Counted from the first letter of the stretch, positions 1 to 10,037 are shown. The stretch: DNA of 64,000 bases from an uncultured Desulfosarcina sp. (GCA_963674945.2 CAXXWQ010000003.1:1024001-1088000); one strand, 5' to 3'. The notes: generated from the letters alone by a model not told the origin. Numbers and translations are program-made.

Positions 1-33
1 ATATTGTAAAAGTATACTAAATAGGAGATAATC

Positions 34-1590
34 ATGCAGTCGAAAAATCGGATCTTATTAATTGTGATGGCCTGTCTTCTTGCAGGCTGCGCCACCCTGC
101 CCACCGATTTCGAGAAGCCGACCTCCCATGCATTTTCCGACACGGACGATACGGAACTCGGACGATACGAATCCGCCCTGGCCGCAGACCATCCCGGACA
201 ATCCGGATTCCACCTGCTGAAAAACGGTTTGGACGCCTTCGTGGCCAGGGCGGCGTTGGCCCGTCATTCCCAGCGCAGTCTCGATGTACAATACTACCTG
301 TATCATGACGATCTGGTGGGGCGCCTTTTCACCGAAGAGCTGCTCAAAGCAGCCGACCGGGGGGTACGCGTTCGCCTGCTGGTGGACGACATGGACCTTT
401 CCGGCAGGGATCTGGGCGCGGTGATCATGGACAATCACCCCAACATTGAGGTGCGCATCTTCAACCCGTTCAGCCGAAAAACCGGAAGGCCTTCCCAGTT
501 CATCACCCGCATGGGATCAGTAACACGCAGAATGCACAACAAATCTTTCACCGTTGACAACCAGGTGGCGATTTTGGGTGGGCGAAACATCGGTGACGAG
601 TACTTCGATGCCGATCCCCATCTGGCCTTCACTGATCTGGACGTGATGGCCATCGGACCGGTAGCCAAACAGGTCTCATCGGCCTTCGACCTGTACTGGA
701 ACAGTGAACTTGCCTACCCGGCAACGGTGCTGCGGGGCAAGCCACCGACTGCCGAGGAGGTCGAAACGATTCGTAAAGAATTGAACGACTACGTGGCCAA
801 GCAGGCGGACTCCGTGTACCTCTCGGCCCTATTCGATTCCGACCTCGCCCATGAGATCCGCGAAAAGCGGGTTTCCTATATCTGGGGGGATGGGGAAGTG
901 TTTTACGATGAACCGGAAAAGATTCTTGCGGACAATAAGGAGAAAGAGTACCACCTGGCGCCACAACTGGCTCACTATTTTACCGGCGTCCAGGATGAGT
1001 TGATTATCTTTTCTCCCTATTTCGTTCCCGGCAAGGCCGGTACCAAGATGCTCACTCAACTGGCGGAAAGGGGCGTTCGCGTGCGGATACTGACCAACTC
1101 TTTGGCTTCCAACGACGTAGGTTTGGTGCATGCGGGGTATGCAAGGTACCGCAAGAAACTTCTTCGCGGCGGCGTGGAGTTGTACGAAATGAACAAAAAA
1201 TTGACCCGTAAACAGCGAAAAGAGAAAAAAGGCACCGGTGGTTCTTCCAAGGCCAGCCTGCACGCCAAATCCTTCGTCTTCGACCGAAAGCGGGTCTTTA
1301 TCGGCTCTTTGAACCTGGATCCCCGGGCTGTAATCCACAACACCGAGATCGGCGTGGTGATCACATCGGACAAGATCGGCATGGAAATGGCAGCCGTTTT
1401 CGACGCGTTTACCCATCAGGCAGCCTTCCGGCTGGAGCTGGTCAAAAACGACAACGGGTCCGAAAATCTTTTCTGGCATGGTTTGGTGGACGGAAAAGAA
1501 GAGACATTTACCACCGACCCCCATACCAGCTTCTGGAGGCGGTTGGGTATCGGTTTCCTGGGACTTTTGCCCATCGAATCACAGCTGTAG
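34..1590 (+). CDS. Phospholipase D family lipoprotein (ClsC/YmdC-like cardiolipin synthase)
   Basis: Two HKD motifs (HNKSFTVD, HAKSFVFD), lipobox LAGC, SD AGGAG upstream. Confidence 0.88.
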   Translation: MQSKNRILLIVMACLLAGCATLPTDFEKPTSHAFSDTDDTELGRYESALAADHPGQSGFHLLKNGLDAFVARAALARHSQRSLDVQYYLYHDDLVGRLFTEELLKAADRGVRVRLLVDDMDLSGRDLGAVIMDNHPNIEVRIFNPFSRKTGRPSQFITRMGSVTRRMHNKSFTVDNQVAILGGRNIGDEYFDADPHLAFTDLDVMAIGPVAKQVSSAFDLYWNSELAYPATVLRGKPPTAEEVETIRKELNDYVAKQADSVYLSALFDSDLAHEIREKRVSYIWGDGEVFYDEPEKILADNKEKEYHLAPQLAHYFTGVQDELIIFSPYFVPGKAGTKMLTQLAERGVRVRILTNSLASNDVGLVHAGYARYRKKLLRGGVELYEMNKKLTRKQRKEKKGTGGSSKASLHAKSFVFDRKRVFIGSLNLDPRAVIHNTEIGVVITSDKIGMEMAAVFDAFTHQAAFRLELVKNDNGSENLFWHGLVDGKEETFTTDPHTSFWRRLGIGFLGLLPIESQL

Positions 1591-1741
1591 GGATCTATAG
1601 TCTCCTGCTTTCGTCCAACTTTTTTTCTTTCTCAGGCGGTTATTCAAACCGTCAACTGCCTCTCCCGTAATTTTAAGAACCGGCAATTCTCATTATCAAG
1701 GCATTGAAATAAAAATGCTAATCATTTCAATGTCTATGTGA

Positions 1742-1758
1742 TTGGCACTATCTTTGCT
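1742..1758 (+). promoter_or_regulatory. Sigma54 -24/-12 promoter
   Basis: TTGGCACTATCTTTGCT fits GG-N10-GC, about 100 bp upstream of the ORF at 1856. Confidence 0.75.
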
Positions 1759-1855
1759 TTTTAATTCCTACGATAGGATTCTCTGTAACAACAATCTCGC
1801 AACAATCTCGGCAGTTATTCCATTGGAATGGAAAGAACATAAGGAGAAAAAAGAG

Positions 1856-2146
1856 ATGCGGAGCAAAAAAGCAATCAAATTGACGGTTTTGATCGCATTT
1901 GTCATGACGGCTCTCATTCCAGCATGTGTCCTTGCGGCGGAAACGGTAAGCATCGAAGGCGAAGTCAATGACAGCTTCCAGATTGTTGCCGGCAACGGCC
2001 AAGTCTACGAAGTTGCCAATACCACCAAGGGGAATGAATTGGTAGAAAATTACATCGGCGAGAAGGTCAAGGTTTCTGGGACGGTCGAAAAGGATGGAGA
2101 GGTCCAGGTAATCACCGTAATGACATTCCAGACGCTTGCAGAGTAA
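1856..2146 (+). CDS. Small exported hypothetical protein (possible OB-fold)
   Basis: SD AAGGAG before ATG 1856; signal peptide ending VLA-AE; beta-rich mature region. Confidence 0.75.
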   Translation: MRSKKAIKLTVLIAFVMTALIPACVLAAETVSIEGEVNDSFQIVAGNGQVYEVANTTKGNELVENYIGEKVKVSGTVEKDGEVQVITVMTFQTLAE

Positions 2147-2379
2147 GATGCATTGGGCTCTGAACGACGGCACCAAGTCCCCTGTCTTTCCCTTTTCGAA
2201 AACGGGCACCGTTTGTCAACAAGACTGGAACAACAAGATCCGATTTGAAAGCAAAGTGCGAACTGGTAGTTCTTCTTTTGCTACGATCGTCTTATCCAAT
2301 CTCACACAGGAGATCGTCAGGCCTCAAAGGCTGTCTACGATAACAGACACGACTGATAAAGATTCAAGGAGAATAAGCA

Positions 2380-2733
2380 ATGAATTGGAAATTCTGGAAG
2401 AAAAACGGTGCAACGGATATTGAAACGACCAGGGCAAAAAAACTCGGAAAACCCAAGGAACTTCCACAGGCAGTGGGGCGTAAAATGGTAGTCGGCCTTC
2501 AGGTTGACCCGGATACGGTATGGGCGCTAAAGTACGTAAGCCGCCCTTTGAACAACCAATCCCACATCCATGAGTTTCGCCTGTTTCATCCTGGACAGGC
2601 AAACCGGGAAGGATTTGCCGTTAAGGATTGGAATTCTTTGGATGCCAGCCCGGATCTAATACTTTACGAAGGGTGCTATGATAAAAATGAAGAAACGGTG
2701 GATCTGTGGCCCACAAAAAAATCAGCGGCGTGA
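2380..2733 (+). CDS. Hypothetical protein
   Basis: 117-aa ORF with SD AAGGAG. Confidence 0.7.
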   Translation: MNWKFWKKNGATDIETTRAKKLGKPKELPQAVGRKMVVGLQVDPDTVWALKYVSRPLNNQSHIHEFRLFHPGQANREGFAVKDWNSLDASPDLILYEGCYDKNEETVDLWPTKKSAA

Positions 2734-2801
2734 TCCATTGATGGTTCGAGACCAAATTCCCCATTGCATTGAAAAAGGCGGCCTTCACGATTGGTAAATT
2801 C

Positions 2802-4343
2802 TCAATGATAACCGGCCAGTCCTTGGGAAATGGTTTCAAATTTCACAATTCGATCATAGTGCTCCACCGGCAAAGTGTCCGAAAGTTTGGCTGACGTGCT
2901 CTCCTCCGGACGTTGTGCCAACGACCATCCGCAAAGCGAATGGCTTGGATATTCGGTCATTGGCCGGACATCCAGAAGCACATCAGTGCTTTCATCATTC
3001 GGGTTGGTTTCGGGCGCACGGCATCCGGTTTGAGTACAACCAATCAACCGGCCGAACATCTCTACCTGGTCACCCTCCAGCCAAAATGGCCTCTGTACCG
3101 TCTGTTTCTCGACGAACACGGTTTTATTGCCGTTCAATTCAATCTTTTTAAAAGGATGATGATAACTCAGAGCCGGTCTGAGGACGGCAAGGCGATAACC
3201 GACCCGTAACCTGACACATGAAAAATCGATCAACGGCCACAGCGCGGCAGCGAAAGAGAGGCTGTCCCCTTTTCCGGAAACACGGTAGCGTGAAGGATCA
3301 ACCCCATTGGAAACCAGGATCTGGCCCAGTTCTGCAATGGTCGCCGCCGGACCAACGATCTGCATGTGCCGAAGATACCCCGTGGGGGTAATATCTTCGT
3401 AGCCTTCCTTGATTTCATTGGCACTTCTTCTCCTCGCGCCGGCCCCCTGGAACTGGTGGCGAAAGGTGAACGTGCAATAGTTGATAGGCAGTTTGATGGA
3501 TCGTTCCAGGGCGTATTGGACAAGTGCCAGGGCAGTCAACTCACTCTCCAATACGGTGACCTGGGGACCATGGACAAAGGTATATCCTCTTTCTATCAGA
3601 CGTCTGACATTAAAAGGAGTACAGCGAATCTGGTGGAGGTTGAGAAAATTCACCCCCATTTGTTCCAAGTCGGCCATCAATTGCCTGACCGTGTCGAGAT
3701 CTTCCGGAATCGCCGGAATTTCCACGGTCACCCGCCCAATTGCCCCAAGGGCTTTCGAAAGTGCATCCAATCGGTAGTGATTGGCGCTAAGATCGAAGCG
3801 GATCTCATCGAGCCCCGCTTCTCTGAGCTCTTGGATCCGCTGTCTGGTGACCAGAAGGCCATTGGTATACAGCCAGGTGTAAACGGAATCGCCCATTTGT
3901 TCTTTGATCACCCGAAGATAGGAAAGCAGGCGCTCGAAGGTTAGCAACGGTTCTCCTCCGCTGAAACCGACACCCTTGATATGAAATCGGGATACATAGG
4001 CCGCATAATCAACGGGATCCTCGAATACGATCGTATTGGCCATGGGCTGCCCCGGATCGTCCTGGGCGGTGGGACAATAAAAACAGCGTGCATTGCAAAT
4101 GCCGTTGATAAAGAGACAGGACCACTGTCCCCGACCACACAGACTGCACCCGGGAGAAATGGCGTGGGTAAACAGCTTTGTCTGTGAATAGGCCCACCTC
4201 GAAGGGATATGGCTGGTGATTTGATCCACCAGCGACTTCCTGGCGCTTTCGGCTGCCGCGATTTCATCGGGAGGAAGCCATTTCATCCGGTCATATACCG
4301 CAGCATAGGCGGCAGGATCGGCCAACTTTGGTATGGTCGCCAT
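2802..4343 (-). CDS. Radical SAM protein (COG2108-like)
   Basis: CNARCFYC, upstream PGCSLC, SGGEP, YTNG, LDEIRFD. Confidence 0.88.
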   Translation of the reverse strand: MATIPKLADPAAYAAVYDRMKWLPPDEIAAAESARKSLVDQITSHIPSRWAYSQTKLFTHAISPGCSLCGRGQWSCLFINGICNARCFYCPTAQDDPGQPMANTIVFEDPVDYAAYVSRFHIKGVGFSGGEPLLTFERLLSYLRVIKEQMGDSVYTWLYTNGLLVTRQRIQELREAGLDEIRFDLSANHYRLDALSKALGAIGRVTVEIPAIPEDLDTVRQLMADLEQMGVNFLNLHQIRCTPFNVRRLIERGYTFVHGPQVTVLESELTALALVQYALERSIKLPINYCTFTFRHQFQGAGARRRSANEIKEGYEDITPTGYLRHMQIVGPAATIAELGQILVSNGVDPSRYRVSGKGDSLSFAAALWPLIDFSCVRLRVGYRLAVLRPALSYHHPFKKIELNGNKTVFVEKQTVQRPFWLEGDQVEMFGRLIGCTQTGCRAPETNPNDESTDVLLDVRPMTEYPSHSLCGWSLAQRPEESTSAKLSDTLPVEHYDRIVKFETISQGLAGYH

Positions 4344-4352
4344 TCAGTGTCC

Positions 4353-4556
4353 TCAATTTCGTTCCGCGGGGTCTTCTTCGTCCAAATCCGGATCCAATTC
4401 GTCCTCCACAAAGGCATCCCGATCGCTATCTCGAAAATGCCCATCCATGAGGAATCGGGGGTCGAAATCGATGCTGTCTTCAAATCCGCAAGAAGAGCAG
4501 GCGTTTTCGTACGGTTTCAACAATGTCCCGCAGATACGACAAATTCCATGGTTCAT
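4353..4556 (-). CDS. Small Zn-ribbon protein with acidic tail
   Basis: CRICG-x9-CSSCG then D/E-rich C-terminus; start overlaps the stop of the decarboxylase gene. Confidence 0.7.
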   Translation of the reverse strand: MNHGICRICGTLLKPYENACSSCGFEDSIDFDPRFLMDGHFRDSDRDAFVEDELDPDLDEEDPAERN

Positions 4557-5845
4557 AGGATCTTCCTCTCGTGTCCTTGAATGTCAGCCTCATCGGTCAG
4601 CAGTAAGATACACCCGTCGTCGTCCAAGACCGCCACCCGCCAAAGCGCCTTGATGAACCGCTGCCGCAGGCTATAGGTATATGCACCCTGGGTCGGGACC
4701 ATCAAAATATCTCCCTCGCAGATATCCGTTCCGAGATAGCTAAATCCCCATACATCATGGGGCGTGCACAAGGAGCCGAAAATATGGCAGGGCCGTTCCA
4801 TAAGGCCGCTTCTCGTCAAGTTCAGAACGGGAAAATAATCGCTTTCGAACCGTTCCCACCCCACCGCGTTGGTGCCACCGTCGGTAATCACCAGATCCGT
4901 GGCCTTACGATCGACGACCCGTAAAAGAAGATGCATGGCATCATTGCAGATCCAGCGTCCGGGTTCAAAACAGATGCGGCAGTCCGAAAGTCGGGGTAAT
5001 TCCTTCCGGATGGCATCGGCAATCCGGTCGGAGAAAATGTCGATACTATTTGCCGGATTGAGCAGATAGCGGCCAGATTCACCGGATAAGAGCCATTCTC
5101 CCTGGGGAGGCCAGTACCCGCCACCGATATCGATGAATCTGCATGCCTCCCAGAAATGATCCGGTATGGAAACGAGCCGCCGTCCCAATCGGTTGAGAAA
5201 TTCGATCTGCCTGTCAGGGGTAAGATTCCAGGAACAATGGAATTGGAGACCCTTGAACATCAGGTGTGGATCTTGCCTGATCTTCTCGTAAAGATCCGGC
5301 AGCGTCTCCAAGGGGATTCCGAATTTTCGCCATAGCCCGGTAGATTCGATATTCAACCGGATTCCGACTCCCATTGATATTTTCTTATTCGCCAATATCG
5401 TCGCCAACCGCAGACATTCACCGAAACTGTCCAACAACACGGTGACCCGATCCCGGTGGGCGGCAGCCAGTTCCAGTTCCGCATCGGTTTTACCCGGCCC
5501 GCTGAAGATGATATCTGTTGCACCGAGGGTCAGGGCGACCTGCAATTCCAACCCGCTGGAGACGTCCAGTCCATACTCCTGTGAAAGCAGGACGTGTGAG
5601 ACATAGGGCAGGTTGTTGCTTTTCATGGCATAGTAGAAGCCGGTTCGGGGCAGTCGGGTTTCAAAGGCCCGCCGAAATTGGACGGCGCGCTTTTTCAACA
5701 CGGCTTTCTCGATGAGATACAAAGGTGATCCGCAAGCGTTTACGGCATCGGTAAACCGCTGTCGATTGTCTATGAAGTCGGCCGAGAATTTTTCTATGAG
5801 ATCGGCCGGCAGCGGAATCGGAGCGTCAACCAGGTTTATCTTCAT
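4553..5845 (-). CDS. PLP-dependent decarboxylase, Orn/DAP/Arg (fold III) family
   Basis: YAMKSN PLP lysine, SGPGK, KFG, DIGGG, EPGR, GAY. Confidence 0.88.
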   Translation of the reverse strand: MKINLVDAPIPLPADLIEKFSADFIDNRQRFTDAVNACGSPLYLIEKAVLKKRAVQFRRAFETRLPRTGFYYAMKSNNLPYVSHVLLSQEYGLDVSSGLELQVALTLGATDIIFSGPGKTDAELELAAAHRDRVTVLLDSFGECLRLATILANKKISMGVGIRLNIESTGLWRKFGIPLETLPDLYEKIRQDPHLMFKGLQFHCSWNLTPDRQIEFLNRLGRRLVSIPDHFWEACRFIDIGGGYWPPQGEWLLSGESGRYLLNPANSIDIFSDRIADAIRKELPRLSDCRICFEPGRWICNDAMHLLLRVVDRKATDLVITDGGTNAVGWERFESDYFPVLNLTRSGLMERPCHIFGSLCTPHDVWGFSYLGTDICEGDILMVPTQGAYTYSLRQRFIKALWRVAVLDDDGCILLLTDEADIQGHERKIL

Positions 5846-7119
5846 TGAATGTCCACCTGGAGTCGATTGGCCAACCGCTCACACTGGTGTGCTGGATGGT
5901 CTTGGCCATGGGGCATGAAAAGCACATGCCCCAACAGCCATGAATCATAGTCGTCAGGCGGCATGGTGATCACGTGGCCGGGTTGACAAACCATATGCAG
6001 TTGTCTGACGTTTTTCTCATTTGCAAGCGCTTTGGTGTTGAAGCCTTTCAGTACGCCGCCGCGATGGGCGTGAAGACGAAAGCCGATCAAAGGTTCGTAG
6101 AAAACAGGGTCGCTTGGTCCACTGGATCGTTGTGCCGCCATATCGATGGTCAGCCCCAAGATGTCCAAGCCCGCGGCTTTTTCCAGAAGATACGGCAGGC
6201 AGTCGCCTCCCGGCCTGGGTGTCATCTCGATAAGCATCGGACGGCCGTTTTGGACGATGAAATCCACCATGCAAATACCGCTTTGAATCCCTATCACGGT
6301 GGCAGCCTTTTGCAGCAGGTCGGCCATGTGGCCTTCATGACCGGCCGGCGTGCGGCAGAGGGCATACGCCGACGCCGTGCCAAAGGGGCGACGATTCATC
6401 CTGATCTTGCGCGTCGTCCGCAAAATGGTGGCATTGGACCCGCTAACGACGAAGTCGCAACTGAATTCCGGGCCGCTGATCCACTGTTCGGCCAACATAC
6501 GATAGCCCCATGAGAAAAACGTCTCGAAAATCGGATTGTCTCTCCTTGCGGCCAGGCCGTCGTCGATCATTGCAAAGCCCGCTTCACATTCTGCCGGCGT
6601 TCGACACAGACAAACCAATTCACTGCCGCTGCCGCAAAATGGTTTGAGAACAACGCCTTCCGGGCACTTCTCCAGGAAGCGGATGATATCCCATTTCTCT
6701 TTGACCGGTCTTGCCATGGGGCAGGAAATACCGTTTTGATGCCAGATTTTTTTGGAAATATATTTGTCCCTGCTGATCCGGACGGCCTCTAATGAAGGGT
6801 ACGGCAGATGAAAATGGGCTGCCAAATTGGCGGCCGTTTCCATGGACTCGCAATCGAAACAGGCAATTCCGCAAATATCCATCCCCCACCTGGCCAGGTG
6901 GGCGTCGATGGCCAACGTTGCTCCGGTATCATCGGCCGGGTTCCAGAGAATCTCTTCACCGTTGGCCGGTGTCGGCTCCTTTGCGGCGCGGCGGACCATC
7001 GTATCGGTAAGAAAAATCACCTGCCGGGGACGGGCATTTCGGATCCGGTCGATATAATCCGAAGTAGTACCCACAACCAGGACCCGGTTGGTATTATGCG
7101 AAGGCGAAGGAGTGATCAT
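5842..7119 (-). CDS. ATP-grasp ligase (L-amino acid ligase-like)
   Basis: RDKY, VLKP-x2-GSGS, EQWISGPEFS, IEMTPRPGG; start taken at ATG 7119, overlapping the GNAT end. Confidence 0.85.
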   Translation of the reverse strand: MITPSPSHNTNRVLVVGTTSDYIDRIRNARPRQVIFLTDTMVRRAAKEPTPANGEEILWNPADDTGATLAIDAHLARWGMDICGIACFDCESMETAANLAAHFHLPYPSLEAVRISRDKYISKKIWHQNGISCPMARPVKEKWDIIRFLEKCPEGVVLKPFCGSGSELVCLCRTPAECEAGFAMIDDGLAARRDNPIFETFFSWGYRMLAEQWISGPEFSCDFVVSGSNATILRTTRKIRMNRRPFGTASAYALCRTPAGHEGHMADLLQKAATVIGIQSGICMVDFIVQNGRPMLIEMTPRPGGDCLPYLLEKAAGLDILGLTIDMAAQRSSGPSDPVFYEPLIGFRLHAHRGGVLKGFNTKALANEKNVRQLHMVCQPGHVITMPPDDYDSWLLGHVLFMPHGQDHPAHQCERLANRLQVDIQ

Positions 7120-8062
7120 GGAATTGTTGTGGCACGTAGGATGGCAAAGCGGCAGGTTGCCGGTTGAGCACATACAATGGTCTGGGCGTCAGACGAAAAC
7201 GCTGTTTCCAATTGAAATCTCCGCAAAGAAAGTCAACGGTATCAAAACGTTGCCGGCACGACCATTCCAGGTGGTGCATATTGAGAACCTTTGCAATGCC
7301 TGGAAATTGCGGACTGGTTCCGCCGGTCAGCAGGGTGTACGAACGGTTGAAGATCGCCCCCATATCGACGGCGGCAATTTCTCCCCCAATCAGGATCGTC
7401 GTGATCCGCAACATCTTCGCATCCCATAGGAAGGCGGCCAGCATTTCGAAGGATCGAAGAAACCGTTCATCGAAAAAGTAGGAATTCTCTTTGAATGCGT
7501 TCAGATTCAGTTGAAAAAGGGTCTCAAGGTCCGCCAGGTGATTGAACCGGAAAGAGAGTTTCAAGGCCTTCACGTTCTCAATATCACCAAGTAGCTTCTT
7601 CCTGGATTTCCCCGGAAAAACGCCTAGGAATTGATCCATGCGAAAACCATGACGCGGCGGATGAAAAAGGTAACCGGTCTCATCCGGATGGACATCATCG
7701 ATTTCGCCCATACGTTCAGACCAGTTTAAATAGCGCAGGTGAAGCGGCCCCGGAACCGATTGCAGCAGTGTATCTAACGCCTCGGGCGTTTTCGCGATCA
7801 GTCGATTCTGCTCCAACCACGTCTTGCCCTGCCAGGTATCTCCCGGGAACTGGACGTAATTTTCGGCATCTGAATTCCAGCAAAGAGGCAAGAAACCGCG
7901 GACGGCACCTCTGTTGACGGCCAGAAGAAAAAACAGCGGGCGGGCATAGAATCTGTGAAAACAATAGCGAACAGGCCAAAGATCAAACAAACCGATCGCC
8001 GGCCAGTATTTTTGCCACGCCACACGGCACTCGTCCGGATCGTTGATGACGATACTCTTCAT
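7094..8062 (-). CDS. GNAT/FemAB-like (CelD/BcsL-type) acyltransferase
   Basis: GFLPL, KSRKKL, VDFLCG-x3-WKQRF; start moved to ATG 8062 because a sigma54 promoter lies inside the longer ORF. Confidence 0.78.
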   Translation of the reverse strand: MKSIVINDPDECRVAWQKYWPAIGLFDLWPVRYCFHRFYARPLFFLLAVNRGAVRGFLPLCWNSDAENYVQFPGDTWQGKTWLEQNRLIAKTPEALDTLLQSVPGPLHLRYLNWSERMGEIDDVHPDETGYLFHPPRHGFRMDQFLGVFPGKSRKKLLGDIENVKALKLSFRFNHLADLETLFQLNLNAFKENSYFFDERFLRSFEMLAAFLWDAKMLRITTILIGGEIAAVDMGAIFNRSYTLLTGGTSPQFPGIAKVLNMHHLEWSCRQRFDTVDFLCGDFNWKQRFRLTPRPLYVLNRQPAALPSYVPQQFHDHSFAFA

Positions 8063-8217
8063 CGTACCGGCCGAAAGCCTGCGGATCTTGCGTTTGTCCC
8101 CTTCATTTATCTTCCTTTCCCAGGCGTTCTCCCAAATTGCCACCGTGTTCTCGGTGACACGAATTCGCCCTGGCGATTCGATCCGGTAATTCGGATTGCT
8201 GTAAGTCACCACTGGCT

Positions 8218-8234
8218 GGCAAAGCTTGTACCAA
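8218..8234 (-). promoter_or_regulatory. Sigma54 -24/-12 promoter of the GNAT/ATP-grasp operon
   Basis: Minus strand TTGGTACAAGCTTTGCC fits GG-N10-GC; a sigma54 activator gene is adjacent and divergent. Confidence 0.7.
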
Positions 8235-8515
8235 AACGCCAATCGACCGAACAAAAAAATATCTACATTGATTACAATATGTTGACAAGTTATTACGTCA
8301 GTGGACAATCGTAATTACGGTATTATTTTACCGATAAAGTTATTATAGGTATTATGATACCGATCTAATATTGCATAGAGATGAGAATGGTTTGATTTTG
8401 AACCTATTTTCCATCCCATTCACCAAATAATATTGCTTTTTTTCAAATATATGCATAGTTATTGGCAGGTAATTTTAAAATGGTATAATATTTCCGATTT
8501 TGAAGAGAGTAGACC

Positions 8516-9946
8516 ATGCTGATTCGTTTGGCCTGTGCAATAAAGGAAAAGGCGGTCCGTTCAAAAATAGAAAGGAAGATGGCCGATCTGGACATCCAGC
8601 TCCGGGTGTTCAGGCCCAATCACTTCTCATGGCAGGCACTGGCGAGAAGCTGTTCGGACGTTTTTGTCGTCAGCAGTTCATTGATCCCCAGGCCAGTGGA
8701 ATCGAGTATCGCCTTGCTCAATGACCTGCCCGAAAATCCCGTTACGATCGTCCTCCATGACAACGAATCTTCGGAAGCCCATGCCAAGTTACTGGCCTCG
8801 GGCATCGATGTTGTCCTCTACACCGGCATTCCGGTCGAAAGCCTCATGGAAGCCATCGAGAGCACACTGGATTCACGCCGCCAATACTTTTACACGGACC
8901 GGTTCGATCGACGGGGAAGATTTCTTCCCCGACTCAATGATTTTGAATCCAACAGCAGGGCGATGCAGGCATTTTTGGAAGAAGCCCGGCAAATCGTCTC
9001 CAGCGACGCCAGCCTGCTGCTTCAGGGTGAAACCGGTGTTGGCAAGGAGCACCTGTCAAAAGCCATTCACGCCGAGAGTCACCGTTCTTCGGGACCGTTC
9101 ATCGCCATCAATATGGCCGCCATTCCGGAGCAACTCATGGAAAGTGAATTGTTCGGCCATGAACAGGGCGCTTTCACCGGCGCCATGCGTTCCCGGCGCG
9201 GTGCCTTCGAATTGGCCCACGGCGGGACAATATTCCTGGACGAAATCGGGGAGATGCCGCTGCAGATGCAGATCAAATTATTGCGGGTACTCCAGGAACT
9301 GGAGTTCACTCCGATCGGTGCGGAAAAACCGGTCTGGGTCGACATCCGGGTGATTGCAGCAACCAATAAGGACCTGGAAGCGGAAATCGAGAAGGGAAAC
9401 TTCAGAAAGGATCTTTACTATCGGCTGGGCGTAATTACGCTCACCCTCCCCCCCTTACGACATCGGAAAGAGGATATTTCCAATCTGGCCAACCATTTTC
9501 TGACCATGCACAACCAAAAAATCGGAAGAATGATCAAGCAATTCTCCCAGGAGGCGATGGATGCCCTGATCGCCTACCACTGGCCCGGGAATATTCGAGA
9601 ACTGATGAATGTAATCGAACGTGCCGTTTTGTTGTGTAAATCAGATACGATCTCAATGGATGATCTTCCCAACGCGTTTCATCGGCAACTGCCGATGGAT
9701 GCTACCCTGCCGTGCGCATCAATTCCCCTTACCCCGGAATCTTGGGATGGAAAGACGCTCCCCCAGGTCCGCAGCGCGATGATCGCTTGGTTGGAAAAAC
9801 AATACCTAACGATGGTATTGAGAAAAACCGGTGGAAAAATCGCAGAAACCGCTGCAATCGCCGGCATCCACCCAAGAGGCCTTTATGCGAAAATGCGGCA
9901 AATCGGACTCGACAAAGCCGATTTCAAATCCAACCGACCGTCATAG
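8516..9946 (+). CDS. Sigma54-dependent enhancer-binding protein with receiver-like N-domain
   Basis: GETGVGKE, ESELFGHEQGAFTGA, FLDEIGE, WPGNIREL, C-terminal HTH. Confidence 0.93.
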   Translation: MLIRLACAIKEKAVRSKIERKMADLDIQLRVFRPNHFSWQALARSCSDVFVVSSSLIPRPVESSIALLNDLPENPVTIVLHDNESSEAHAKLLASGIDVVLYTGIPVESLMEAIESTLDSRRQYFYTDRFDRRGRFLPRLNDFESNSRAMQAFLEEARQIVSSDASLLLQGETGVGKEHLSKAIHAESHRSSGPFIAINMAAIPEQLMESELFGHEQGAFTGAMRSRRGAFELAHGGTIFLDEIGEMPLQMQIKLLRVLQELEFTPIGAEKPVWVDIRVIAATNKDLEAEIEKGNFRKDLYYRLGVITLTLPPLRHRKEDISNLANHFLTMHNQKIGRMIKQFSQEAMDALIAYHWPGNIRELMNVIERAVLLCKSDTISMDDLPNAFHRQLPMDATLPCASIPLTPESWDGKTLPQVRSAMIAWLEKQYLTMVLRKTGGKIAETAAIAGIHPRGLYAKMRQIGLDKADFKSNRPS

Positions 9947-9971
9947 TATTATCTATCCGTTTAATAGAAAC

Positions 9972-10035
9972 GATGGAGCGAAGCGATCGCATCATTCGAC
10001 GTTGGACGTTCGATGTTCAATGTTCGACGTTTAAA
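9972..10035. repeat. Dispersed intergenic repeat: GATGGAGCGAAGCGA core plus TTCGATG-type heptamers
   Basis: Near-identical to 25727-25790. Confidence 0.85.
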
Positions 10036-10037
10036 AA

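Noticed and set aside
4553..5845. Calling this gene lysA
   Set aside because: Substrate-binding motifs diverge from LysA and the context is not lysine biosynthesis
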